From the NCBI GenBank assembly GCA_030390025.1, contig CM059450.1, forward strand, positions 3,410,001-3,472,095: a stretch of 62,095 bases of DNA, read 5' to 3'. A model generated the notes under the pieces. The model was given only the letters and a program-made list of their open reading frames with translations. It did no database searches and was not told where the DNA came from. The DNA is from Squalus acanthias (taxonomy: Eukaryota). The translations under genes and the position numbers were made by a program. Below are positions 25,917 through 37,825 of this stretch, piece after piece; the first letter of the stretch is position 1, and each line of letters begins with the position of its first letter.

Positions 25917-26313
25917 ACCCAAATATCCGGAATTCTCGCTTAACCGGCAAAAATCATCCTCCGAAAACTCCTCTCAAATAACCGGCAATGTTGCCGAGCC
26001 ACAGTCGAGTCTCCGCGAACGCCGAGTGCTCCGAAAATTCCTCTCAAATAACCGGCAATGTTGCCGATCCCGAGTCCGAGTCCGCGAACGCCGATTTAGT
26101 CAGTAGGGGTACTTTTCAAAAGTGCCACTACTCGGCCACCTGGCGCTGTCGGAAGTCCGAAACACTGCAGAAGCAGGATTTGATTCTCCCGCGCTGCCTG
26201 GAGTCTCTTTGTTAAAGATAGCCTCGGTAGATATAACTCTCCGTTATCCGGTACTTTCGATAAACCGGCACCACGCCGGTCCCCGTCGATGCCGGATAAA
26301 CGAAAGTTTCCTG
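25917..26313 (-). mobile_element. Second, inverted copy of the Tigger-like MITE family; one TIR lost, internal ~68-bp duplication
   Basis: Ends AAAGTTTCCTG|TA; both ends match the reverse complement of 11888-12232. Confidence 0.75.
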
Positions 26314-26580
26314 TACATGGGGTTAGATCCTCACCTTTCACTTCTTGGACCTGGTCAAATTCAACCCATACCAATTGGGTAAAACTGAGTTCTGAGCAGG
26401 CAGGGATTCTGGGAGCCTGCACTGTATGGGCAGATTGTCAAACGTTAATATTTCATACAGTTTGGTGGTGCTTGGGTTATGATTGAAAGAAATACAGTAA
26501 CACGTGGACACCACCAAACTCAGATTTTAATAGTTTACTGCTTGATTTGTTTTTATTACAAGTCTTTGTTCCGTTCACAG

Positions 26581-26629
26581 AGGGAGTCTTCCGAAGACGG
26601 TGTTGGTAACAAGATGGACTTAACTGTTG
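26581..26629 (+). CDS. TNRC6B: TNRC6B coding exon (RESSEDGVGNKMDLTV)
   Basis: tcacag acceptor, G|gtgagt donor, 49 nt, phase 0-1. Confidence 0.92.
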
Positions 26630-26699
26630 GTGAGTATTAAACAGAGTAAGGTTGGGTTATTCGCAGCAGGTGACTTGTTTTAAAGCTGCTACTTTTACC

Positions 26700-27045
26700 A
26701 GGTGGGCAGAGGAAACTCTTCAAGGACACCCTCAAAGCCTCCTTAAAAAAAGTGTAACATCCCCACCGACACCTGGGAACCCCTGGCCCAAGACCACACA
26801 AAGTGGAGGAGAAGCATCCGGGAAGGCGCCAAACACCTCGAGTCTCTTCACCGGGAGCAGGCGTAGGCAGCGCAAGGAGCGCACGTCAACCCAAGCACCC
26901 CACCCACCCGCCCCTTCAACCACCGTCTGCCCCACCTGTGACAGAGACTGTAGGTCCCGCATTGGACTCATCAGTCACCTGAGAACTCATTTTTAATGTG
27001 GAAGCAAGTCATCCTCGGTTCCGAGGGACTGCCTAAGAGAAGAGA
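26700..27045 (+). mobile_element. RTE-type LINE 3' fragment
   Basis: FKDTLKASLKKC remnant and C-terminal zinc finger CPTCDRDCRSRIGLISHLRTH. Confidence 0.8.
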
Positions 27046-27666
27046 GACTTTTACTAAATTATCCTTGTATTCGATTAGTCAACACTTAACAATGGCAGAC
27101 AGTGCCGAGGTGGAGAATCGATGCGTACGTCATCTTTCCTCCTTCCCAATTCTCTCCTCGCCACTCCTGAAAGCTGATTCTGATCAGGACACCGTTCAAG
27201 CCACCCTGTGACACCTTAACCAAGTGCCCTTCCCTTCAGATGAGACGTTAAACTGAGATCCTGTGACATGTCCCTAGATTCCGAATGTTTTGAGTATTTT
27301 GATTGTGGAGAGCATAGTAGCTCGTCCTGATTATTATTTTTTTCTCTGCCCTCCTGCCTCCTCCCCACCCCGTGTCCACGCGCGTGCAGTTTCCAACATG
27401 GGCAATGGGATGGCAATCGGGATCGGCAGACCTCAAGAGTTTTACCTGACCCCGCCCAGAAAATTTCAGTAGCCCAACAGCTGCCCCACCTGAGAACAGC
27501 TAATTCAGCGCAAACTGTGAATTGAAGCCTGATAGATGAGTCACGTAGCTTGCTAGCAGTACTTGCCGACAGACGCGCACACATAGACACTCTCGCTTGT
27601 GTGTGGGAATGCATTTTAACTGGGTTGGTGTCTATCATTAAAGCCTCCCTTTTCTGTTTCTTCTAG

Positions 27667-27812
27667 GTGGTCTACCAGACAAAAAGCTGGAATCTGACAA
27701 ACGGGGAATGAACATGGATTACAATGGAATGATGAGGAAGGATCGATCGGGATTTCGACCACCAAATTCCAAAGACTCGCCCACCACAGACAGTGGACCC
27801 TACTTTGAGAAG
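27667..27812 (+). CDS. TNRC6B: TNRC6B coding exon ([36 protein letters not shown]...SGPYFEK)
   Basis: ttctag acceptor, AAG|gtgagg donor, 146 nt, phase 1-0. Confidence 0.96.
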
Positions 27813-28692
27813 GTGAGGGCTCTGCTGCCGGCTATAGAGAGAGTACGTACATTTATCTAGCTTCTCACTTCTCTCAAATACCCAAAAAGCATTTCTCTGA
27901 AGTGCATTGACTCTTAATATAGGTGAATGGAGCAGCCATATTACACAGAGTAATGACTCGCAAACCACAGGTAATCTCTTTCTAGTACACACAACGAAAA
28001 TGCTGCAGATACTCAGCCGGTCAGGCAGCATCTCTGGAGAGAGAAGCAGAGTTAACGTTTCAGGTCGATGACCCTTCGTCAGAACTGGGGAAAGAGGGGT
28101 GACGGTGCAAGGCAAAAGGGGATGGTAATGGAACAAGTATCTGAAATATAAACAGAAAATGGTGGAAATACACTCCGCAGGTCAGGCAGCAGTTTGATTT
28201 GCCTTTGTGATCTCTTTCTAGTAGTTGTGTTTTTTCAGGGAGGAATGTTGACCAGGCGACGAGGAAAAATCCCTGCTCTTCAAATGGTTCTGTGGGATCT
28301 TTTAACACCTACCTGAACCCCATCCGGACAGGGAGACAGGTCTCATCCGAAGGGAAGCCCCTTGAACAATGCAGCCACTCCAGTAGTACCTCAGTGGTTA
28401 GTCCAGGTTATCACTCCGGTCCTGGAGTGGGACCTGCGCCCACAGCCTGCTTGGCTCGGAGGCAGGAGTGCTACCGACTGAGCCAAGCTGACGGGATTTT
28501 TTTCTCCTGTATTTATTGTGTGTTTAGATCTGGGTTTTTTTTTACCAGTGGCTTGTCAACAAATGGGAAGCCACTTTTATCTGGCAGTACCAAACCTTTT
28601 TTTTAAATTTTGCAAATTCCACCCAAAAAATAGAATCTATGGAATGTTTTCTCATCTTCCACTCCTCGACTCCTTGTTAGAATTTACGATTG

Positions 28693-28835
28693 GTTCCATT
28701 CTAAGCAGGCAAGTCTAAGTGTCTTTTTCTGCCTGCATTTTTCTATCTATTGCAAGCGGCGTGCACTATAATTAGTAAGGTTATGAATAAATTTTTTTGA
28801 TCAATACCAAATTTAAGCCCTGACCCCCTTCCCCT
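28693..28835 (+). repeat. ~140-bp direct repeat, copy 1 (upstream of cassette exon)
   Basis: About 85% identical by eye to 29641-29778. Confidence 0.9.
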
Positions 28836-29314
28836 GACTGATTTTGGACTTGGCAAAAGGTGGTGAGCCAGGCAGCACAGAATTCCATTGGTGCAAATAC
28901 TGCAGATGAGCTGAGGCTCCTGTGTGTGTGATGATTGCGTACCACCTGCTTCTAGTTCCTTTACAGACTCTCTGGTATGTCTTTGAGAGCAGAGATGGTT
29001 GAGACCAGCAATGAATGGTTTGTTAAGTGCTCGACCGATGGAAAGGTTCCTTTTGTGGAATTCTAGATTGCTGCAGAAACCAAGAAAATCAGGACCCTGC
29101 AGCGGAACAGGTTGCTCGATCACTGCAGACAGCTCAGTCGCCCACATGTGGCCTGTACCCAGTCAGGGGATGTATGTGAAAGTTAGATTATGGCACTAAT
29201 TTTGTCTAACTGTGTGCGTGACGCCTAACGCTGTCTCTTCTCGTTTTTGTTTCTTCTTCCCGCCCTCCCCACAACTCATCTTTGTGCTGTTTTCTTGTCC
29301 GATTTTCCCTCTTT

Positions 29315-29364
<50 letters not shown>

Positions 29365-29411
29365 CCCCCCCCCACCCCCAACTGCATGCTGATTGGCTAA
29401 CTCTCCTTCAG

Positions 29412-29582
29412 CTGACTCTGCCTTTCTCCAATCAAGACGGGTGCCTGTCTGACGAGGCACCTAACTCGCCCTTCTCCCCTCCTCCGAGCTGCAAGCTGTC
29501 TCCCTCGGGCACTGCTCTACCCACCGCCAGCCTCGGCTGCATCGGCTCTGGTCTTAACATGCAAAACCTAAACGCTAGACAC
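29412..29582 (+). CDS. TNRC6B: TNRC6B symmetric cassette exon ([33 protein letters not shown]...NARH)
   Basis: cttcag acceptor with CTAAC branch point, CAC|gtaagg donor, 171 nt, phase 0-0. Confidence 0.95.
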
Positions 29583-29640
29583 GTAAGGGCTGCTTTCTGA
29601 ATGTGTCTTGTGACTGGGATCTCGTGATATTGTATGATCT

Positions 29641-29778
29641 GTTCCATTCTAAGCAAGCAAATCTAAGTGTCTCTTTCTGCCTGCATTTTTCTTCTGTCGC
29701 AAGCGGAATGCACTAATTAGTAAGGTTATCAATAATTTGTTCATCAGTAGCAAATTTAAGCCTTGATCCCCATCCCCT
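29641..29778 (+). repeat. ~140-bp direct repeat, copy 2 (58 nt downstream of cassette exon)
   Basis: GTTCCATTCTAAGCAAGCAAATCTAAGTGTC...AAATTTAAGCCTTGATCCCCATCCCCT aligns with 28693-28835. Confidence 0.9.
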
Positions 29779-30884
29779 TTTCACAAGTTAAAATCTGTGA
29801 TCGTATACTTTATATGTTTCTCTCTTCTCCACTCAACCAGTTGTGTTGATGTTTCTGTACTACAGCAACATTAATCACGATGCACACCGGGTGATGTCAA
29901 CTACTTCAAAATCACTTTAATTGGAAAACAATACTGTAATATTTACAGTATAAAAAGAACTCACGGAATCCTGTAAAATTGTGTTAAGTTATGTTTGTAC
30001 TGTATAGTGAAATATTCTCTAGTGACTAGAGTTGCCCTTTGTAGGGCTAGCTCCAATTGTCCTTTTTGCAACAATGCAGAGGAAGGTTTAAATCCATACA
30101 TTTTCCTTTCAGGGTCAGATACTGTCCTCAAATTTTCCTATTGCACCAACCTCAGTCAGGATGGCTTAGAGAGAGGGTGGGGAATTTCTCCCGTGCATCA
30201 ACAAATGTGCCTTTTATTTTCCCCTCTTCCCCCTAGACTGGACCCAGACTCTGCTTGGCACGCTTGAGCAGGGCTGAGGGGGGGCTACCCCACTGTGTGG
30301 AAGTTCGTGGTTGTGAACTGTTCAGAGCTCTGTGGGAGGGATGCAGCTCTGAAACTCTGCAATCTCTTCCGCAGCCCCTCCCCATACCAGTCGGTGTACA
30401 CTGTTTAATAGCTCTTTCCTATAGCTACACTGGGCAGTGCTGTCATTGAGATTACAGGAAAATCTAATGATGGCTTTGCAGAATTTTCATACTACAGCCA
30501 CTTGTACTGTGGATAACACCTAGCGGTGTAATCCAGATTCTGTCCCCCCACAGCATTTTGAGATATAAAATACTGTTGGTTACAGTCCTTTCACAGGACA
30601 GACAGACGGAGGGAGTGGAGGGTGGTGGTGTTAATAGTTGAGAGCAATTTGATGTGATGAGTAAAGAGTATTACACAGCATTGTGAACAGGTAAGAGTTT
30701 TGTTGACCCCTGAGGCTTCATGATACGAGAGTTTAAACAGTAGCCTCTTGGGTTTGCCTTTCCAAAAAGGACAAGAGTGGCCGTATCCCAGAGTGTTCCA
30801 TCTCAGAGAATGGCAAAAAAACAGTGACGGAGATTGTCACAGTGGAGCGCTCTATATAGTGGAAAATGTCCATCACTTTGGATT

Positions 30885-31430
30885 ACATAAGAACCTAAGT
30901 AGGAGGAGCTGGAGTAGGCCATTCGGCCCCTCGAGCCTGCTCCACAATTTAATAAGATCACGGCTGATCTTTTTCCTGAACTCCACTTTCCCGCCTGATA
31001 CCCATATGCCTTGATTCCCTTAGTATCCAAAAATCTTATCTGTTTTGAATATATTCAACGACTCAGCATCCACAGCCCTCTGGGGTAGAGAATTCCAAAG
31101 ATTCACAACTGTTTGAGTGAAGAAATTTCTCCACTTTGTCCCCCCTTCCAGATGGAACACTCTACCACTCCATTGTAGAACACATCCACCACTGGGAAGG
31201 AAGGGGAGAAAAGTGATGGATGTATTGCTGTCATTGGGGAGGGGAGTGTGATGCACATATAGACTTTGAAGCTGAATCACTCGTGGCATTTAGGAGGGAA
31301 CTGGACAAGTGCTCAAAAGGGAAAAATATCAAAGGACACAGGAAAATTAGATCAGATAGTCCGGTGTGGAGCTGGCACAGGTACGATGGACCGAATGGCC
31401 TCCTGTGCTAAAATTTCTGAGGTTCTATGT
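30885..31430. mobile_element. Two CR1 3' fragments, minus (30885-31130) then plus (31240-31430)
   Basis: CR1 3' UTR motifs in both orientations. Confidence 0.7.
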
Positions 31431-31702
31431 CTCACAATGGAGTGCTCCATCACTTGGGGATCGGGGAAGGGGGGAGCTGGTCAAACCACTATCCCTGACA
31501 GTTCCTGTTGTTCTCTGACTACCTTTGGTTGTGCTACAAGCTTGTTCCTCTGCTCTGCTGTAGAATAGCATGGAGATGGGCAGATGTCTACACCCTGAGG
31601 TGGCCTCCCTTCCTGATTGAATTAGTCTTTAAGTGATGTTGTATGAAAGTATTCACTGGAAGAAAATCTAATCGATGTAATGTTCCTGTCTCTCTCTCAC
31701 AG

Positions 31703-31837
31703 AATGGCAATCATGGTTTATTTGGCGGTAGCACAGCACAATCCAGAGGTGTGCACACGCCTCAGGTGCAACCCATGAATTCATCCCAGCCTAACCTTCG
31801 GGCTCAAGTGCCTCCGCAGTTCCTGCCCCCTCCTCAG
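31703..31837 (+). CDS. TNRC6B: TNRC6B coding exon ([16 protein letters not shown]...[14 protein letters not shown])
   Basis: tcacag acceptor, CAG|gtaggt donor, 135 nt. Confidence 0.96.
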
Positions 31838-32312
31838 GTAGGTAACACTGAGTCAGTGACTCACATCACTGAGCTATGGAGTCGTCCTTTTCTCTACCCT
31901 CGCTGTACGTTTGTTCGGGAGATGGGGTGGGGGGAGTCTGGATTTTGAGAGTACAGACCAGCTCTTGAACATGGATTCAAATCCAACCCAGCCGAATGGG
32001 CTAGACTTTACAATGGATGCTTTATGTTGTCATTGAGTCCGGTAATGGGGAATATTTCATTCTCCAGCACTGGCATCCCTCAATTATTAATAAACGTTCT
32101 ACTGTAGAGTCAGAAATGCTGCTAATCCCATGTCCTCTCCAGTGCTGCTGTGCTCCTTGCCTCCGGATCAGCAGAGGGCATTAGCCGCCCTTCCTTCTGA
32201 GGTGAATGCACAAATGCTGTTGTGAGGTCGGTTAGGGTTAGAAAACTGGAGTGGTGATGATTGCTGTTTGATATATTAACGTGCTAAGTGGATTCCTTGC
32301 TTTGAATTGTAG

Positions 32313-32447
32313 GTCCCTGCCTCCATGTTGAAGCATGCCGCTCCGAATGGCGCCCTGAACCCAGCCCTGTTTAGCCTTGGTCCTCAACTATCCCCTCAGC
32401 AAATAGCTATGCTCAGTCAACTCCCTCAGCTCCCACAGCTCCAGTTG
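32313..32447 (+). CDS. TNRC6B: TNRC6B coding exon (VPASMLKH...[23 protein letters not shown])
   Basis: ttgtag acceptor, TTG|gtaagt donor, 135 nt. Confidence 0.96.
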
Positions 32448-32976
32448 GTAAGTACCGATTCTTTTGTGAACGAGCCCTAGTGTTTTTCCACCGTGACCTG
32501 TTGTAATATCAGGTGGCTGCGTCGTTTCTGCTCCGCCTCAGGGAATGTTGTAGATAATTTCTGTCGAACAATGGCATGCTGAGGGAGGTTCTGAAGGGTA
32601 AAGGGTCCTCTTCTGCATTGGCGGTACATCTTCACAGCTGCGCGGAGCACATCTGCATTTCAATTTGTGGCCCTGATCTATCTATCTTTGGTGGGAGAAG
32701 CAGTCTTACCTGATCATAAAGTCCTGGTTCTTGCATGTATCCTTAGGGTGGCACCTTAAAGGGCGTCACAGAACATCCCGAGTGCACAATTTGCAGGGGA
32801 GGGTGGCAGAAGCAAGGAGCGATGAACTTTATGACCAGATTGCCCTGCTCTGTTGTATACAATAAGAGGGCAAAATATTCCATGCCACTTTATTATCAGG
32901 AACAAGAATCCGGCCTCCTCGTTCACACTGATTTCCTGCCCCTGGTCCACTCTGACTTCTTGTCCTTCCTACACAG

Positions 32977-33069
32977 GCCTACCAGCTCTTGATTCAGCAA
33001 CAGCAGCAGCAAGTGCTGCAGAACCAACGGAAGCTCTCCGCTGCGGTCCGACAGCAGCAAGAACAGCAA
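32977..33069 (+). CDS. TNRC6B: TNRC6B Q-rich exon (AYQLLIQQQQQQVLQNQRKLSAAVRQQQEQQ)
   Basis: acacag acceptor, CAA|gtatga donor, 93 nt. Confidence 0.95.
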
Positions 33070-34789
33070 GTATGAGATGCTAAAGATGTGGAATCTGTGA
33101 CAAACCGGTTTCATTTTGTGTTGCAAAAGTGGATTCAGAGAACAACCTTAACGCGTGGTTTGTTTTTTTAATGACTGGTGATGGTTTTTATTTAAGATAT
33201 CTCCCTCCACTGCTACTTGCTACTGCTCCTTATTAAACCAGGAGTGCTGAACAGTCCAATCCACAAACCGCACCGATATCATTGGTGCATCACTGTCACT
33301 GCCGCACCACCAGTGAACCTTTGAGAGACAGTGTTGAACTAGGCTGGTTAGAAACTGTTGTGGCCCGAGGTATGGGTATAAGATACCTCGCGCTGTGGTG
33401 GAATGCTTGCTAATCCCATTGCACGCCGTCTAGCAAGCTAACTGAGATGTTAAAAAAACTTGCACGTGTGAGGGAAGTGGACTAGAGTGACTGCCAGCTC
33501 TCGGGTATAATTTCCCCTCTTTTTTTTCTTCCCTCAAATAATCTTCCATTCATGCCCTCACTCTCCCCAATCCACTTCCCAGTTAACCTTTGGGAATTAC
33601 ATCAGGTGGTGGCAATGCAGTTGAACTTGGTCATTTATTTGCTGCACGCTTGAGCAAAATAGCAAAAAGTGAAGTAAATAATTGGTTAAATGCACACACT
33701 GGTAAAAGCCAAACATGAGACATGCTGAATAGGTTCAAGTCTGAATCATTGGTGTGCTGTTGTGATTCGGGTGAGATGGTCACTGCAGGTGATATGAAAA
33801 CACCAAAACTGCAAATGTTGAAAATCTAATTTAAAACTAGAAAATGCTGAAAATACACACGTTGATTCATCTTCAATAGACAGCTTTCCCTGTACGGCAG
33901 TTTTCTACTCAAACCAGCATTTGGCACTGCACAGTAATGGGGTGAAGTTTCACCTCCCACATTGATTCCCAATCTTAGTCACATCCCCAGAGAAAACAAC
34001 AAACAAACGTGCAGCAAGATAAACAGCAGCGTGAGTCGACTGCTGCTCCCTTTACACATCTCACTGGGTACAGAGCAACCTCTGGGGGGCGGGATCAGGA
34101 TCAGCCCTGCCTCCGGGCAGAGGGGTGGGAGGGGCACACTGTATCGTCTGCCCTTTGAACTGCAGTGTGTTCGCATCACCTTGCACATTTAGCAGTGACC
34201 CTCCTGTGTTCACACAAATCCCATTAGTTGTTCAGATCACGAGGGAATCGGAAGGCTCAAAACATTCAGCTCACTGCTGATTAATCCCATGAGGCTTAAA
34301 AGTTTACCAGCTGAGGTTGTACCTTGCGTGTCACTGTTGTGTTTCCCTTGTTCGCTGTGTACCATTAATGGTGATGTCATGAATTCTATCCTTGTCATGC
34401 ACTCTTTTTATCTTCACTTTATGAGAGTCTAACTGAGAATTCATTTGATGTCGGGGGACAGTAAAATGGAAGCTTACAATCTGGTTATGCAAAGTTTTAA
34501 AATTGGTGTTCTGGTATATGAAGATTTACTGATGTATACAACAAAACTTTTTTTTAATTATAAACTATTCCCCTTTCTAAATCTCTTCCCTCTAAAAGTG
34601 TTGGCTCTTCCACAGATGTCCTCCAGTGCCCTGCCCAAGTGAGCATTCTCAGTGTGAGAGCTTGGACAGTGAGTGAAGGCAGGCTGTTGGACTTTAAGGA
34701 GGGGGATGGGGGGGAAATCACTGTGACCCTGCTCTCTCCTGATGCCCGCACGCACGCACCCACTCTCTGCGAGAGGAATACATGCTGAT

Positions 34790-34936
34790 CAATGTTCCCT
34801 CTAATATTTTTTGGGGGGGGTGCGCAGCCCATTCAAGTTTTCACGCATGCGCGGTTTTTTCCATTTAAAAGCCGGTGCGCGGCCTGCACGGAACCTCCAG
34901 ACCGGTGAGCGGCCACGCTGCTTAACGGGAACATTG
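34790..34936. mobile_element. hAT-type MITE (same family as 913-1054)
   Basis: CAATGTTCCC...GGGAACATTG with 8-bp TSD ATGCTGAT on both sides. Confidence 0.88.
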
Positions 34937-35230
34937 ATGCTGATGTTCCCCTTCTATAACCCAGGGGCGCTGAGGCCAATTCCCGCACCCCCTGTCACTC
35001 CCTTGGGCTGATATCTGCCAACTCTGCATAGGCCAGGCATTGGACTGGGGAGCTCTTTCTTAGAGGCACTGTCTTCCTGTGTCAAATCGGGGCTGTTTAA
35101 GGGAGCCATTTGATCCTCTTGGCAGGGGGGGGGGGGGGGGGGAGAAACAAACCAGATTACTAGATGATGGAATTGAACGAGTGACCTGTTGTGAACCGTA
35201 TTTAACCCTCACTTGTGTGTGTTTCCGTAG

Positions 35231-35426
35231 CTTGCTCGTATTGTTAACGCTCTGCAGCAGCAGCAACAGCAGCAGCACCGACACAACAGCACCCCTGGGA
35301 TGAAACATTCACCGTCGCACCCCGGCATACCCAAGCAGCACCTGGATAATGTTGTGCCTAATTCTCTTCCCTCTGGCCTTCCAGACTTCCAGACCAAAGG
35401 ACAGCTTCAGCCGGGCTACCCAATGG
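35231..35426 (+). CDS. TNRC6B: TNRC6B coding exon ([16 protein letters not shown]...MKHSPSHP...LPDFQTKG...)
   Basis: ccgtag acceptor, G|gtgagt donor, 196 nt, phase 0-1. Confidence 0.96.
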
Positions 35427-35507
35427 GTGAGTTCCCTCGCTGCATAAACCTCATGCATGGCCCCTGGATTTCGGGTGCTCGACGCTAAAGTGTCTTTTGC
35501 ATTTCAG

Positions 35508-35663
35508 GCCTGGGTTCGAACATGAACGTGAACCAGTTAGATGTCAACAGTATTGTAGGAATGAAGGAACCTCAGTCCCAGCAATCCCGGCTCAAGCAGT
35601 GGACGACTATGGACGGTCTCTCTCCTGCCACTCCGCCGCCAGATCACAACCCCCTCAAAAACG
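35508..35663 (+). CDS. TNRC6B: TNRC6B coding exon with CCR4-NOT-interacting motif (QSQQSRLKQWT)
   Basis: tttcag acceptor after an 81-nt intron, G|gtaact donor, 156 nt. Confidence 0.95.
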
Positions 35664-37051
35664 GTAACTGTACAAAAACAGCGCGGGGATTTGTTGCACT
35701 GGACAACATGCCAGCTTCCACATTCTTCTTCCTTCAGTCTCTTCAATGAAGACTCTTTGCAATGTCGCCCACTCTAACTGATGCTTTCCAATTTCCCTCT
35801 GTGTTCCCTTTCTCCCACAATCTACAGCCTTTTAAAACCCAATCTTGGTGTCGCCTAATCACTGCTATTTACCTGTGCCCCTCTCTTTTTAACCTTGGTG
35901 CTGTCCTGCACTGCGTGCCTTGGACTTGTCACCTTGCTTTCTCAGTCAGCCTCACCAACTGATTGTGAATAATTCTCGTGTGGCGGAGACATTCGCTACG
36001 AACGAACACCTACGTATAATAAAGTGGAGTGTTCTAGCCCTTGGGTTAGATTTCTGCTGACCTTTTGAAGTCACTAGATTTAGACTGTGATGCTCTCCGC
36101 AGTCGAGTAGCCTGTTGACACTGTGTAGGATGTCGAGTTCGGTGAGGTGGCAGAGGACTGCCGGAGCCCACAGAACTGAACCCTAATGAGTCCATAGAGC
36201 ATGGTGTGGTGGTGAATCGGGGGAATCCGAAGTGGATCACTTACCAAGTTATGTAAAACTTTTGTAATTAGCTGTGATGCTTTTGTATAAAACATTAATA
36301 ATTACCATCTGAACAATCTTCGAAGTATATAAAAAGAGAAATGAACCCAGTCACTTTTGTCGTGTTTTTTTTCTGTCCCTAAGATAATGAGGGAAGGTTC
36401 TTGAGATAACAATCCAAGGAGGGGCCCAGTCTGAAGAACAATCTAGCGGCAACAATAATTCGACTTTGATTGACCTCTAGAATTATTTAGACCGCTTGTC
36501 TATAGGGAGTACCGAGTAGTGGGCTTAAAGGGACATGCTGGGTTAGCAGCTAAGCATTGCAAAATGCCCTAGACCCCAGAGTACTCGTCATCAACGCCAC
36601 AGGAGCTCGTTAAATTTAGGATTCAAGTTACATGCAGTTTTGTGGGTGGGTCTTGGATTTCAGGAGGTTTGATTGGAATGTGTCTCTGAGAATCGGTGGT
36701 GAAACTGGACGAGCTGATCTTTCTAACACATTGCGTATGGGGGACTCTCGGGAACAGGAGAGGATACCTCACCACTGCAATTAGGAGGTGGGCTCGAGGA
36801 TACTATTGCTTAGCCCAACTTGTTTGAGCAGTGCCTGGCGCATTTATTCCATATCTGATTGTCCCATTACCTGATTAAGATGCTACTCACTAACTGCATT
36901 GTAAGGATGCGTTCAGTTGTTGGGCTGTGCCGTGCCTTCCCTTGACCAGTTCAAACATACGCACGCACCAATAATTCACTTGAGTTTCGTTGCTGATCAC
37001 CCAGCTGACAAACCTGTGTAATTAATCTGGTATTTTTATGTTGTTTTGCAG

Positions 37052-37216
37052 GTGCTATTTCGAGCAGCATGGCACCATCGGTGAAACCTCGAGATAGTTT
37101 GCCCTATTACGAAATGATAGCAGGCGACTCCTTGGCCAGCCATTCGGGTCCTGCGAGTGACAACTGGTCCACCCCTAAGCTCTCCAATGGTTCCAGCAGC
37201 TCCAGTTGGCCTCCAG
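37052..37216 (+). CDS. TNRC6B: TNRC6B coding exon (AISSSMAP...SSSSWPP), first half of PAM2
   Basis: ttgcag acceptor, G|gtctga donor, 165 nt. Confidence 0.93.
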
Positions 37217-37682
37217 GTCTGATACTACTTGTGTACTATATATTTTTTTTTAAATAGGTAAGACTTGATAAAACATGGGCTCTCCGTGGTAGACCAGATT
37301 GCACAAGTCATTTCCTTTTGGAATCAGTGGGACTGGCTAATCTTTTAAGACGGGAATTCAAAGCCTTTGGACAGTTTGATGATTCCCAGTCCGGTTTCAA
37401 TCGCAGAATGGTGTTTCTGAACGTCGATGGGACACGACCTGGGTTCAGTGCTCACCGTGTCCGGGCATCACAGTCCTTTCCAAAAGAAACCGATTCTGGG
37501 GGGGGGAAATACTGTGAAATTTTATATTCCACCAAATGCCCTCTGCACCTGAGGCTAGCTCCTAATAATTAAAGTGTCCATGAGTGGAGAAACTGGGAGT
37601 GCCTGTGGGAACTTGCGGACACTGAGGAGCCCGGCAGTTCCTACACCCCTGGCGCACATTTACTTTACTGAAAGTTCGCAGT

Positions 37683-37825
37683 CAACGTTCCCGCTAATTT
37701 TGTTTTGGGTGCGCGGCCCATTCAATTTCTGGCCAATGCGAGGTTATTTCACTTGTAAAGCCAGTGACCGGCCTGCGCGGGACCTCCCGACTGCTGCGCG
37801 ACCGCACCGCTTAACGGGAACATTG
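37683..37825. mobile_element. hAT-type MITE (same family)
   Basis: CAACGTTCCC...GGGAACATTG with near-identical 8-bp TSD TTCGCAGT/GTCGCAGT. Confidence 0.82.

Noticed and set aside
28693-29778. Duplicated element as an intronic snoRNA
   Set aside because: The length fits H/ACA RNAs, but no convincing C/D or H/ACA boxes or two-hairpin fold are visible; kept only as an unexplained repeat.
34616-34668. Possible poison micro-exon (cttccacag|ATGTCC...|gtgagc or |gtgagt)
   Set aside because: Plausible splice sites only; no homology or expression evidence, and such motifs arise by chance in a 2-kb intron.
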